From positions 1 through 57,172 of the forward strand of contig JAWLHB010000050.1 of NCBI GenBank assembly GCA_041690595.1: a DNA stretch of 57,172 nt. The letters run 5' to 3'. This stretch comes from Lentisphaeria bacterium (GTDB taxonomy: Bacteria; Verrucomicrobiota; Lentisphaeria; JABSQK01; JAWLHB01). Shown here piece after piece: positions 1-11,900 of this stretch (the stretch's first letter is position 1; every line of letters begins with the position of its first letter). A program made the translations under genes and the position numbers. Under the pieces are notes generated by a model. That model was given only the letters and a program-made list of their open reading frames with translations. It was not told where the DNA came from and did no database searches.

Positions 1-3000
1 GCGTCACTCCCAGCACCTCGTTCGGCGTCACTGTCGCCGGCAGGGTGTTGAAGCTGATCCAGTTCCAGTTCTGCACCAGAGGGATGGTCTGCGTCACCAA
101 CCCCGCATGCATGGTCACCGGCGCCAGGATCGTGCCCCAGGCGGTGTCCTGTACAAAATCGAAACCTTCCATGACATCGTGGATTTCGCCCGTGGCCGCG
201 TCCCACACCTGTAGCGTGAAGCCCGCTTCGGTTCCCAGATCACTGAAGACCTGCAGGCTATAGGTAGACCCCGTTGGTCCAGCACCAATCTGAACAACGC
301 CGCGACAGACGCCGTTCTTGAATGCCGCCAGCAGCGATCCATCCGTCTCGATCATTACCTCGTCGGGAAGCAACTGCACCTTGGCATAGACCTCCATCGA
401 GTTCGCCATGCCAACGGGATTGGCCCAGGTCGGTGGCGTCACTGGGGTGATATAAACGGCCGTATAGGTATCAACCGCGGCATTGATGGTGATATCAAGA
501 TCCGTGCTGTATTCTTCCCCGTTCTTGAGCCACTTGGAGAAGGTTTCTCCAGTCTCTGTCACGGCCGGAGCCGTTACCGTCACGATTGCCCCGTTGTCAT
601 ATAGAAGCTCGAACGGTGTGACGCCGCCGCTTCTTTGGAGAATGTCCGCCGGCAATGCCGGGATCTCGACACCGCTGGCCGGATTCTGCGAGGCGATGGT
701 TACGCTGACTACCTGCGGGCCGTAGATTGCTGTATAGCTTGCATTACTTGAGGCGCTGACTTGCAGAGTCCGCTCGCCGAATACGCCATAATCAAGGGCG
801 CCGATCTGCCAGACGCGGAAGAAGTCGCCGCCAAAGGTCTCCGGAGCGGTCAAGGTAACGTTTGTGCCCTCATAATAAAGGGGGCGGAAGTGGGTGGTGC
901 CTTCGGTGCGTCCAGCCAGATCCATGGGCGTGATCGCTATCGGCACGCTGAGCGGCAAGGCATAGGCGCCGTTTGCCCAGACATCCAGGTTGACCGAATT
1001 GGCCGGCGGCATGTCGAAGAAGGCAACCAGTGTCATGCTCGAGGTGACATTGGTCACGGTCAATGGGTTGTCCGAGGAGTACCAAGTGCCGTTCAGGCGC
1101 CATTCCAGGAAGACCGCGCTGTTGTTGCCAATCGCCGTCACGGCCGTACAGTCGCCGCCGTCGGCGACGCTCTGTATGGTATTGCCATCCAGTGAAACGT
1201 CGATATACGTCGTGTCCGTCTGGAACATGACGGTGTGGTTCACGGGACCGCCCCCATCATCGACCGTCAGGTCATAGACGGAGAAGGCCTCATTGGCGGC
1301 AAAGACACGCGGAGCGCCGTCAACGCTGTCCTGAGCGACCGCGACATTATAGTAGGAGAGTTCCAGTTGGTAGGTGCCGGCCGAAAGGGGAACCGCCAGT
1401 TGGGTCGAGGAAATATCCACAACGCCGCGATAGATGTTGTCGTCCTCCGGAGCCGTGTAGATATCGAAGCCAGCATGCGTCGCTGTACCGGTTGCACCAC
1501 CATAGGCACTCCAGGCGAAGTCGATAGTGCCGGCAGGAGCGGAAACGGAGCTTCCGATCGGCATGGGTGCCGTCAACTGAGGCACTGACGACGGGAAGGA
1601 AAAGTCGCCCGCCTTGGACATGCTGACGGTGTACGTTCCTTCGAGAGTTGTGCCGGTGCTGTCGTAGATGCCGAGGACATAGTCGCCATCGGGGAAGTCC
1701 GCCAGCAGTTCGGCGGCGGTTGCGTAGGTGACACCATCCATGTAGCCGCGGGAGAACTCGTACCATGAGTAGCCGTCACTGCCGACATCGTCGAGTTCAA
1801 AGAAATAGTCTGTCGCGGGAAGAGTCGGCACGGTCACCTTGAGAATCTTGTTCTCGGGTGCACGCGCATCGATCTCTATGGAGTACCGGCCATCGGTTTC
1901 ACGTACCCGCAGCATGACGATGTCGGTGAAGTCACCGGCAGGTACGCTGCCGACGGTAAAGGAAGCAGTGTCCTGGGAAGCGGCATACTGTGCCACCTCA
2001 CTGCCCAGCACGTCGTCGCCGGAGAGCAACGTCCAGTCGGAAACCAGGTTGGCCGTCGTCACATCATTGGCGTAGCCGATGACAATGTCGCTGGCACCGG
2101 TGAAGGTGCCGAAATCGCGGGTGAAAGAGGTAGCTTCGAATCCAGGGTCTCCGTTCCACCACATGAAGTCCTCATCATCATCGACATCCACGTAGCGTAC
2201 ATCCGCGGCGCCGGCCCATGTCCAGGTGAAGATATGGGGCGAAGAGATGTTCGATGGCACAGCGTCGAGTACTGGAATGGCCGGGAAATCGGCATCAAGT
2301 ACCTGGCGCATCGTGTAAGTGTAGGTGGATATAAGGTTGTCACGGGTGATCTCCAGCGTCCAGTCGCCGGAAAATTCGCTGTTCAGCTCAGCCAGAGTGC
2401 CACGGTAGGGACTCTCGATGTAGAATTCGTCCCGGTCGCTCCAGTCATCCTTATCGAAGACAATCCATTCGCCCGTGCCCTTCGTCATCCGCACTTGGGT
2501 CGCGCCCGGTACGTCCATCCATATCTCGGCAAAGAAGGCATCCGGAGAGGCTTGGCGATAGACAAGGAACTCGACCACACCCGGCGCCACCGGGGGAGCT
2601 GCGTTGCCCGGGTTGAGATTGTCGTACCAGACATCCATGTCGCCGCCGTAGAGGCGCAGCCAGGACATGGCCAGGGTGCCCTGTGTTGTATCCGTATAGG
2701 CGACTTGTCCGCCGCTTGGCAGGTCCACGGTAACGGTGAAGGTATCGGTGTTCCAGTCCCACCGCATGGTGACGGTATGGTAGCCGGTCGGCTCCCAGTT
2801 GCCAATAACAAGTCCCACTCCGGGCCATGTCGTCGGGTTCGGCGAGTAAAGAGTTATCTGGCGATGCTGCGGGGCGATTGCCGTATCGTATGGTTTCTGC
2901 ATGCGGAACCAAATCCCGGCTGCCCACATGTCCCTCTCATCCTTGACAGCGATACCGCCAAAGGTCATGTAGCCAGCCTGATAGGAGCCTGGTGCATAAT

Positions 3001-5683
3001 AGGTCGGGTTGATCATGACCGACATCTCCAGAACCCCGGCGCTGCTGTCGACCGACAGGGGCAGGTCGGCATACTCGCCATTGCCCATCCGCAGGCACTG
3101 ATCGCCGCTTGCCTGATTGCCGGCGACCACCTGAATATACTGGCCTGGGGTGTCCTCGTAGGAAGTCCATGACGCTGGCAGTGCTCCAAGCTGATACTCC
3201 GGCTGTTCAAAGCCGATCAGAGCGGTGCCACCGTCGCCGGCTTCGATGGACACGACCGTGGAACGCGGCTCGGTAACGTAATAATCATAGGAATCGGCCA
3301 GACTGACGAGGAAATGGCGGGGAGTCGTGGCGGCGGGATTGCCGAGTATCTGGATATCCATCGTAGCGGTAGCCGCGCCTTGAGCAAAGGTGAACATGGA
3401 GTACAAGGCGCTGGAGACGGAAGGACCGGCATCGGGCAGCGCATAATCGAAGCCTGCCTGGGCATCGAGCGGGCGGATCACGCAGGATATACTGGTCTCA
3501 TAGTCATAAGGGGCGGTGCGACGGGCGAGGATCGTCAGTGTTTGCGGTGCATTCGGGACGCGGGTTGCCCACGTGTCCATGCTCATGATGCCGCCGATCC
3601 TGCAGATATCCAGATTGTAGATATCGCCCGCCGTCAGGACGATGGTCGCGGTACTGTCCCAGGATGCGGCGCTGTCATGCCAGAGGCCATTGCCACTATA
3701 ATCTTCAAGGCGAATCTTGTAGCTTCCCGGCATGATCGCGCCATGGGTCACGGCTTCACCGTGATGCCCCCCTTCGAGCGTATAGGCCGGCTCCGCTTCG
3801 GAACCGAGGGCGACATCATACAGAGAGAGCATGCCGCCGTAGCCCATGTCGTTTGTCAGCGAGGCCTCGCGAATGTGAATCGCCGCATAGGCTGGATCGT
3901 TGACGACGGTCAGGCCGTACCCCACTTCCGCACGATCGTCCCCACTGCCCGACGTCGCATGGAGGTTGTAGACACCGAGTCTGGCGCCCTGCTTGACGGT
4001 GGCGGTGCGCTGGGCCTGGCGATTCATGTCACTCCACATCACCTGGTTGTTCGGATCCGACTCGTCCCACACCGTTTCAGGGGAGATGCCGACCCAGCCA
4101 ATGGAAGTCGTGGACTGGACATAGAAGGTGAAGAGATCGTCTCCGCCGTTATCCACTACCTGCGGGGATAGACTGTGCATGGTGAAAAGATCCTTTCCAG
4201 CGGGGATCGCAACCGTCACCGTGATCGTGCGGCTATAGCCGTCGGGTCCCATGAAGGTAAGGTCCGCCGTTCCGTTTGAACGGGCATAGACAATGTAATA
4301 CTCCCACATCTGACCCACGCGAACCGTGCCGACCACCGATGAATTGCTCGATACGATCTCGCCGGTAGGCGTCCACGTCGTCCAATTGCCAGGGGAGCCG
4401 ATGAAGCTGAAGATCAATGGCATTCTGCCCTGCTTCGTCCAGGTCATGGTATCGCCTTCGATGACCTCATGGTGCTGCTCGTAAGTAGTATAGTCGTACC
4501 AGCTGAGGGCGACTTCGCAACTTCCCACCTCGTAGAGCATGACGTCGACCTGATGGCTCCGCGGCAAGGCGGCACCATCGTCACCCTCGACGGCCTGGAT
4601 GGTGAGCAGGTGGCGGCCAGGTGCCATGAGAGCGGTATCGAGCGCCAGCACGTAGCCGCCGGCATGGATGGTAGAAGAGAAGTTGAAGGTGGCGGTGGGT
4701 ACGGCATCGCCTAACTCATCGACACAGCTGAAGAGGATTCCCCCGGCGGGCGGAGCATAGCCGTTATCGAAGCCGAGGTAAAAGCCGACGGTAACGTCGG
4801 TACCCAGGAAGGCATCGACCGATCTCTTGCCGTTGAGGTGAAAGCCGGGGGAGGTAATCTGATAGGCATGTACGCCGGTGCTCTTGATAAACCCGTCGCT
4901 GATGAGCGAAAGGTATCCGGAGGTTGCGGGCTCATCGATACGCACGGTTACTTCGGTGTCACTCCACGACAGCACGGTCATGCCGGCAGTCTGCCCATTG
5001 AGCTTGACATCCCCGCCCAGTCCGAAACCAGTGCCGTACATGGTCAAGCTCTCGCCATAGGCGCCACTGACTGCCGAGAGGGAAGCCAGCCGCGGAACCG
5101 CCCCAACTGTCGCACTGCTGCAGTCCAGGCTTACGCTGGTCAAGGAGAAGCTGCCATAGTGCACCTTGGTAAAAGCCAGAGAGACGAGCTTGCGTGCGTA
5201 GGCCGGTACAACTATCCCGCCAAAAGGCACCGCCACAGCTCCCCCCGACGGAACGTTTATGCTGGAAAAAGGCAGCAAGACCAGTTCTTCCAGATTATCC
5301 GTGTCGGTCAGGTAGGTCAATACAAGATTGAGTACAGTGCTGCCATCGCTGGTGTAGATGTTCTCCATCACCACCGATCCACTGAGCATCTCTCCACCTG
5401 CAACCGTAGCATTCAGTGGCTGACTGATCACCTCGCCATAATACTCTTCGACGGCGGGATGAAGATCGATCCGGCCATCGCCCTGGATCGGATTCCACCA
5501 GTTCAGTTCCTCCGGCAGGTTCCATCCATCCAACCCCGCGCCGAAATCTCCATTGTGGACCAGTTCGACCGCCGACAAGGAGGCGGCAACCAGCAGCATC
5601 GCCAGCGAGATCAAACCGCGCTTCGCCCATGCAAAGGCCAGATTGCCCGTGAATAGACTTCGTGTTTCCTGTCCCTTCTTCAT
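1..5683 (-). CDS. Giant secreted/surface modular protein (>=1894 aa, 3' end beyond the window) with IPT/TIG-like, Calx-beta-like and other Ig-like/beta-sandwich domains
   Basis: Absent from the ORF track because no stop codon lies inside the window. Hand translation from ATG 5683, with an AGGAGG RBS at 5693-5698, gives MKKGQETRSLFTGNLAFAWAKRGLISLAMLLVAASLSA (signal peptide). It continues through ELVHNGDF, a TIG-like GAYGESLTMYGTGFG...VLSWSDTEVTVRI segment, and ends in-frame at QTIPLVQNWNWISFNTLP at the window edge. No listed minus-strand ORF terminates in this frame. Confidence 0.85.
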   Translation of the reverse strand, partial: MKKGQETRSLFTGNLAFAWAKRGLISLAMLLVAASLSAVELVHNGDFGAGLDGWNLPEELNWWNPIQGDGRIDLHPAVEEYYGEVISQPLNATVAGGEMLSGSVVMENIYTSDGSTVLNLVLTYLTDTDNLEELVLLPFSSINVPSGGAVAVPFGGIVVPAYARKLVSLAFTKVHYGSFSLTSVSLDCSSATVGAVPRLASLSAVSGAYGESLTMYGTGFGLGGDVKLNGQTAGMTVLSWSDTEVTVRIDEPATSGYLSLISDGFIKSTGVHAYQITSPGFHLNGKRSVDAFLGTDVTVGFYLGFDNGYAPPAGGILFSCVDELGDAVPTATFNFSSTIHAGGYVLALDTALMAPGRHLLTIQAVEGDDGAALPRSHQVDVMLYEVGSCEVALSWYDYTTYEQHHEVIEGDTMTWTKQGRMPLIFSFIGSPGNWTTWTPTGEIVSSNSSVVGTVRVGQMWEYYIVYARSNGTADLTFMGPDGYSRTITVTVAIPAGKDLFTMHSLSPQVVDNGGDDLFTFYVQSTTSIGWVGISPETVWDESDPNNQVMWSDMNRQAQRTATVKQGARLGVYNLHATSGSGDDRAEVGYGLTVVNDPAYAAIHIREASLTNDMGYGGMLSLYDVALGSEAEPAYTLEGGHHGEAVTHGAIMPGSYKIRLEDYSGNGLWHDSAASWDSTATIVLTAGDIYNLDICRIGGIMSMDTWATRVPNAPQTLTILARRTAPYDYETSISCVIRPLDAQAGFDYALPDAGPSVSSALYSMFTFAQGAATATMDIQILGNPAATTPRHFLVSLADSYDYYVTEPRSTVVSIEAGDGGTALIGFEQPEYQLGALPASWTSYEDTPGQYIQVVAGNQASGDQCLRMGNGEYADLPLSVDSSAGVLEMSVMINPTYYAPGSYQAGYMTFGGIAVKDERDMWAAGIWFRMQKPYDTAIAPQHRQITLYSPNPTTWPGVGLVIGNWEPTGYHTVTMRWDWNTDTFTVTVDLPSGGQVAYTDTTQGTLAMSWLRLYGGDMDVWYDNLNPGNAAPPVAPGVVEFLVYRQASPDAFFAEIWMDVPGATQVRMTKGTGEWIVFDKDDWSDRDEFYIESPYRGTLAELNSEFSGDWTLEITRDNLISTYTYTMRQVLDADFPAIPVLDAVPSNISSPHIFTWTWAGAADVRYVDVDDDEDFMWWNGDPGFEATSFTRDFGTFTGASDIVIGYANDVTTANLVSDWTLLSGDDVLGSEVAQYAASQDTASFTVGSVPAGDFTDIVMLRVRETDGRYSIEIDARAPENKILKVTVPTLPATDYFFELDDVGSDGYSWYEFSRGYMDGVTYATAAELLADFPDGDYVLGIYDSTGTTLEGTYTVSMSKAGDFSFPSSVPQLTAPMPIGSSVSAPAGTIDFAWSAYGGATGTATHAGFDIYTAPEDDNIYRGVVDISSTQLAVPLSAGTYQLELSYYNVAVAQDSVDGAPRVFAANEAFSVYDLTVDDGGGPVNHTVMFQTDTTYIDVSLDGNTIQSVADGGDCTAVTAIGNNSAVFLEWRLNGTWYSSDNPLTVTNVTSSMTLVAFFDMPPANSVNLDVWANGAYALPLSVPIAITPMDLAGRTEGTTHFRPLYYEGTNVTLTAPETFGGDFFRVWQIGALDYGVFGERTLQVSASSNASYTAIYGPQVVSVTIASQNPASGVEIPALPADILQRSGGVTPFELLYDNGAIVTVTAPAVTETGETFSKWLKNGEEYSTDLDITINAAVDTYTAVYITPVTPPTWANPVGMANSMEVYAKVQLLPDEVMIETDGSLLAAFKNGVCRGVVQIGAGPTGSTYSLQVFSDLGTEAGFTLQVWDAATGEIHDVMEGFDFVQDTAWGTILAPVTMHAGLVTQTIPLVQNWNWISFNTLPATVTPNEVLGVT

Positions 5684-5957
5684 TGCCCCGTTCCTCCTAG
5701 TAATACTCACCCGAACCCGTTAATGTTACCAACCAGCGTAGAAGGGCTCATATAGCAGCTGCCCTGTACTCAGCTTTCCACTGGGTACAGGCTGCGCCTC
5801 ATCTGCCGAGTCCATATCCCAATTATAGTCCCGCATCTGGTGGCATTCAATACCTTCATCGGTAAATAACGCCAAAAAAGGAGGTTCGGGCCTTTTCTTT
5901 GAATTTTAGAGCCCTTCTAATCGCTTACCGATTCTAACCCATCCCGACATCAGCCGG

Positions 5958-8900
5958 CTAATCGACCCTGCTGAAACCGTTCAGCGTGGCTGAGACATGG
6001 CCCATGGCCTGGTCGATGGTCATTGACTCCTGATTGATGGTCAGGGTCATGGCGTTGATGCCGCAGGTAATGGTGCTCTGCATGAAGATGCCATTCTCTT
6101 CATCGAGGCTGGAATGGCCCCAACTGTTGCCGCTCAGGCTCATGGGCAAGGTCTGCAATTGGTTCGAAGGCAATCCGATCCGCAAGGTGCTGTTGGCGCC
6201 GTACATGAAGCGGAAACCAAGGAGATCTTCGCGCCCCCCCAGGAAGGAATAGGTACTGGCGGCGACCGTCAGCGGATAAGCGAAGCTCGCTCCTTCCCTC
6301 CAGTTCTCGACGGTATAGTACCACTGGGTTCCCTGACGCCAGGCAAGCAGGGCCTGCATCTCGCCGGTGGCCAGATCAAGGAGCAGGTAGCCGGGATAGC
6401 TGAAGCTTTGCACCGCATTCTCGCCGGCGTTGACACCGCTCCAGGTGAGGTTGTAGCAGGCAATGCCCGTGCTGTTCAGCCCGGGTATGACCGTGGCTTC
6501 AGGCTCGGCCTTGCTGTTGAAGGCGGGAAGCTGAATCCCAGCGTCCGTCGCCAATTCGCCCAGCAGCACCTCGAAGGGGGTGTTGCTGGTGTTTTCCTGC
6601 TTCGTGCGCTCATAGTCGAAGCGAGCACTCATGTCGCCCATCTCGACGATGGTTGGCTGGACGTTGGGAGCGCCGGCGCGCCATGGTCCGGCAAAGCTGA
6701 CCACCGCCGGCCCCGTAACGCCACCGCCAAGGGGCACCTCGCTCGGATGCACGTTCCCGAACATGTGGCCATAGTAATACTCGCCAGTCGCCACCGGCAC
6801 GGCCTCGACATCGCTCATATGGAGCACCCAGATGTTGCTGGCTCCAATGTCGGCCGTGTACCATCCTGGGAAGTCGATCCGTTCAGCGTTGCCATCCTGC
6901 CAACGGACTACCGCCGACGCCCGATGATTGCGCAGGTCGAGAAGCAGGTAGCCGTTTCCTGTAAGGGGCACCGCACCGGCGCCGTAGCAGGTACCGCGCA
7001 TGGTGAAGGAGTAGACCAGGTTCTCGGACTGCTCGTGGTCGGTGATTGTCAACGTCGCGGTACCGTCGGCATGATCGAGGGCGCTGGCGGTGAGCGTCAC
7101 CTGCACGTCCCCGTCGAAGTCATCGTCGTTCACGGCGTTAACGGCAAAGGTTGCAGTGCTGGAACCCGCCGCAATGGTGACCGTCGCCTGGACCACCGCT
7201 TCGGTCGTATCACTGCTGGTCAGGTCGGCCACCAACTGCGCTCCCGTGTTGGTGTTGCGGGTGACGGTGGCCACGGTCGTCCCCACATCTTCACTGATGG
7301 CAGCCGCCGCCAGCGACAGGCGCAGCCAGGGCTCGTCATCGTCTTCGATGGTGCCGATGCCGACCGCCTCACCGAGACTGAGCATGGTCGGGTTCGAGAG
7401 GGTCAGCGTGAAGGTTTCATCTCCTTCGTGCAGCTCGTCGTGGAGGGATTGCACCACCACTGTCGCCGTTATCTGGTTCGCGGCAAAGGTCGCCGTACCG
7501 CTGGTGCTGGTATAGTCGCTGCCGGCTGTTGCCGTGCCGCTGACGGTGGCGTAGTCGGCGCTGCCCGCGAAGGGACTGGGCCGGTCCAGACTGAGGGTGA
7601 AGGTCAGGGCACCTCCCTCCAGCGCACTTGCGTTGCTCACGCTGACCCGCGGCACGTCGTCATTGAGGATAGTCCCGACCGCCTGCATATCGGCGGCGGC
7701 TGCACCAACGAGATTCGTGAGGGTCAGATGGAAGGTTTCGTCGCCCTCGATAACGAGATCGCCGACGACGTCAATGGAGATCATTCCAGACATCTCTCCG
7801 ACCGGTATCACCAGCGTACCCGATCCATCGTGATAATCGATGCCACTTGTGGCCGTACCGGCGACAGTCGCATACTCGACGCTCACCACGCTTTCCGAAG
7901 GGGCACTCAGTGTGACGGGGAAGCTGAGGACGGTAATGCCTTCATCACCTTCCATGATTCCCTGATTGGCAACGGAGAGATAGGGAATCGCGACTTCGCC
8001 CGTACCCGTCAGGTCCACGGCGATCCGTGGACGGCTGGCGTCATTGCACTCGATCAGCAGAGTACTGCTGTAAACCTCTTCCGCGGGTGGGGAGAAGATG
8101 ACCTGCACCTCCACAGCTTGACCGGGGCTGAGAGTCAAAGGCAGGAGGGGGACGGAGGCCAGTCTGAAAGGGCTTGGGCTCAGGACCAAGTCGGGAGCTT
8201 CAGTCAACAGGGCGACGGGATAGACCAGTTCCTCCTTTCGCGCCGGAGCATCACCGAAGGTACTCGGATCGGTGCTGAATGGCCGCGCGTTGTACCAGGC
8301 CTGCGCGTCGCCGACAAGCGCGCCGCCCGGTGCCACCGGCGGGGCAACCATTACATTGTCGATGAGATGCACGGTGGGGTCGGAGCCCTTGTTGTAAGCG
8401 ATCAGACCAGTACGGCCGGGACCGGGGATAGACGAATCGCTGCCGCTCCACGCCAGATAGCCATTGAAATAGACCCGCAGGTTCGAACCGTCAGCGCTGA
8501 AGATGACCTCGTTCGTTGCCGTCCCCGTGCGCAGGTACGGAGATTCGACCCAGCCGTCCGTCAGAAAGGTGAGCTTGCCGCCGGAGAACCTGCCAACCCA
8601 GTAGCTGGTGTCAGCGGCGATGGCGACACCATAGGCAGTGCCCACCGTGGGATCCCAGACGAAATCGTTGCTGGCGCGAATGACGATGCCCGCCGCGGTC
8701 GACTGGCGCCCCGTGCGGCGGAAAGCGGCACGGCACGACAGGTCGCTCCAGATCCCCCCCGTGTAGTTGGATTGCATGTAGGTGTCCACGCTGGCGGTGG
8801 CACGATACTCGCCATTGGCCACGCTCCAGGCCCCGCCCGTACGCGGCACCCAATCCTGGGCAACGCCGTCCTCGAAGTCTTCCCCGTAGTGCGCGAGGAG

Positions 8901-11900
8901 AATGGAATCGACAATCAGGTCATTCGTGGCATCCATATTTCTCAAGGTCAGGGTTTCGGTTTTTTCCTGATTCAGGCCAATGGTTCCGAAGGGCATGCGC
9001 AGGTCATCGGCCGGCAGTATGGAATCGGTGACACCGATCTCGCCGGGAAGCGTGTCGGGCAGATAGGCCACCTGATCCAGCCAGCCACAATCGCTGTTGC
9101 GGCTGAGAGAACCATCCTTCCTGTACTCCCACTTCAGGGTATGCGAGCCCTCGCCGATCTCGTAGCTCTTCTGCGCCCACGCCGCATCACCGGATATGCT
9201 GGTCTCGAATGTGCCATTCCTGTAGAAGCTGAGCTTGTCATAGCCCGACTCGGAGGAGGCTTTCCACCAGAAGGTCAGGGTGCCGGGTCCCAGTACCGTC
9301 GTCTGGATATAGGTGGACTGGCTATGCGCGATAACGCCGCTTTGCGCGGCATCGATGCCATCATGAGTAATGGCCGTCTGCGGGAACCAGTTGGCGTTGC
9401 CGCCGGTCACCCACGTCAACTCGCAAGCATCGACGGCTTCGCAGAGCTGATTGCCGACGGCGAGCCTCACGGCGCGTTCCGTGGTGACGCTGGTGGTGGC
9501 GTTGCACACCCGCACGGTCGCGAGGTGAACGCCGGCAGGAAGGCTGGGCGCGCTGAAGCCCACGCTCACCTGCACCGAGGTGCCGGGAGCAAGGGAACCG
9601 GACGTCCGCGAGAGCGTCACCCAGGAGGTGGAGGCATCGGCGGTCCACTGCATGGTCTGGCTGGCGCTCGCATTGGTGAGCAGATAGGTTCTGCTGGAAG
9701 GGGTGAAGGGGCCGCCAACAGGGCCGACGGCCAGAAAGGGATCGGTGGGCGTCACCTGCAGGGGATCGGCAGCCACTGTGCCCAAAATCACCAACGTGAT
9801 CACCGGTTCATCGGCGTCGTTGCCGGCGATGACGAGGCTCGCCTGATGGGGGCCCACGTCTGCCGCTTCCAGCGGAGCAAAGATCACGTCGAAAGCTACG
9901 CTGGCGCCGGGCGCCAGGTTCAGCGGCAGGACCGGCGCCTCCGCCAGGCTGAAAACGCTGCTCGGCGAGAGCGAGATGCTATCCACAATGATGGGGTGCA
10001 CGGCGTCCGTATTGCGCAGCGTGACGGTCTCGGAACGACTCTGGTTGAGATCCAGTGTGCCGAAGGGGAGGTTGCGGTCATCGGTCGGCAGGATCGAGTC
10101 CTCCACTATCAGGTTGCCGGGTATCGCGACGACATCGAGGATGACGGAAAAGGTTACCGCGGTCAGCCCTCCACCTGGGGTGAAGGTGACGTTGGCGGGA
10201 TAGCTTCCCGGCGCCAGGGCGTTGGCGGCAGCGCCTATGCAGAGTTGCACCGCCTGCTCCTGACCGGGCTGCAGAACGCCTGACGAGGGCGTGATGCTGA
10301 CCCAGGGTTGGTTCGCGCCGGCTGCCCAGTTGAGCGCCGTGCTCCCTGGATTCCTCACCACATACTCGCGGCAGGACGGCTCGAATGGACCACCGGCATA
10401 GCCGAGTGCGCGGAAGCCATCCCGGGGCGTAAGAAAGGCATTGTAGCGACTCAGATCGCTTTCGGTGAAATCCAGTGGCATACCGCCACCCGCGGAGAGT
10501 CCGGCCACTCCGCCCACGGCGTCGATATTCAGGTAGCTGAGGCGGATGATCCCGTTGAAGAACAACTCGAGCTGCATGCTGTTGCGATTGTTCATGTCGT
10601 ACTCGGTGACATTGACAAAGGTTATGGCGAGGCGATCCGCCAACTGCCTGTAGCCAACGTTGCTCGCCGGGGTCAGGTCGAGGCGCAGCATCGAGATGCC
10701 GGGCAGCTCAAAGTGTTCTTGAATGGATGCGTTGTAGTCATCGCTGCCGGCGGTAAAGGTCACATAGCCATTGCTGCCGACGTAAGCGGTGCTGTAAGCC
10801 TGCCCGTGCAGAAGAATTTGCTTGCCATCGGCAAGCGCCACGACGCCAAAATCATCATCGTCGAGGTTGAGGATGACGCTTCCAGTTGGAGAGACGGGAA
10901 ATGCCGCGATCGACGAGGTACTTGCCATGTAGCCATGGGGCGACTCGTCCGGATAGAAGGTGATGGAGCGATAGTCCAGATCATTGTCGTTGGCCGTGAA
11001 GGCTTCGGTGAAGTGATCGATCTCTTCATGACCGGCACGCGCGGTGGCAATGGCACGCGATGAGTAGAGCGAGCCTCCGTAGTGGGCCCAGGCGGTGTAA
11101 TAGTAAAGGGTGCCGACCGTAAGGCCATTATCAGTCGCGGCATTGCCTGTCCCCGAATAGACGAGGGTACCGTCATTCCATGACAGCGGGTAGCTGCCGG
11201 TCTGGCGACGTATGACGACGCCCTGCAGTCCGCCGGCAAGAGGATTGCTCCACGTCAGATCCACTGAGGTTGCATTCTGCCGACTGCCAGCGGTGAAATT
11301 CGTAATCGGGTGGACGTTGACGGGCAATCCCGCGAGGCGCAGGGACTCGGGAGCGCTCAAGCGTGTTCCGGTTGCCGTGACACCTTCCCAATCCCGCAGC
11401 GGTGTCCCCCCATCGAGCAGCCAACGCTTCAGTTCCATCCAGGAGGCGTCAGGATACTCCGACAGCAGCAGTGCCACGACCCCGGCGACGTGGGGCGTCG
11501 CCATGGAAGTTCCGCTGAGCAGGCCATAGGTGTTGCCGGGAAGGGTGCTGAGGATACTGGACCCCGGCGCAGCGAGATCGACGTTGACAGCCCCATAATT
11601 GCTGAAGCCCGAGCGGGCGTCGTACCGATCACTGCTCGCCACCGCCACGATGTTTTCGCTGGCATAGCTGGACGGATAATTGGGTATCTCTTCCACGTTA
11701 AGGCTCTCGTTGCCGGCTGCCGCCACAAACAACTGACCTGCCGCCGCCGCCGCATCGATCATGTTCTTCATCGTCTGGGAGTAGCCCCCGCCGCCCCAGG
11801 AATTGTTGGTGAGGTGAGCGCCCTTCAGGATTGCGTACTCCAGTGCGAAGGCGGCATCCGACGTGGAGCCCGATCCATCCGCGTTGAGAAACTTCAGGGC

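Noticed and set aside
5755..5795. Hairpin CCTGTACTCAG/CTGGGTACAGG upstream of the giant gene as a riboswitch
   Set aside because: A single stem with no riboswitch consensus that I recognise.
6114..10283. 1389-aa plus-strand ORF
   Set aside because: Antisense shadow of the S8 protease with no recognisable motifs, typical of high-GC codon bias. The same applies to 48207-50675, 15445-16851 and 25714-27075.
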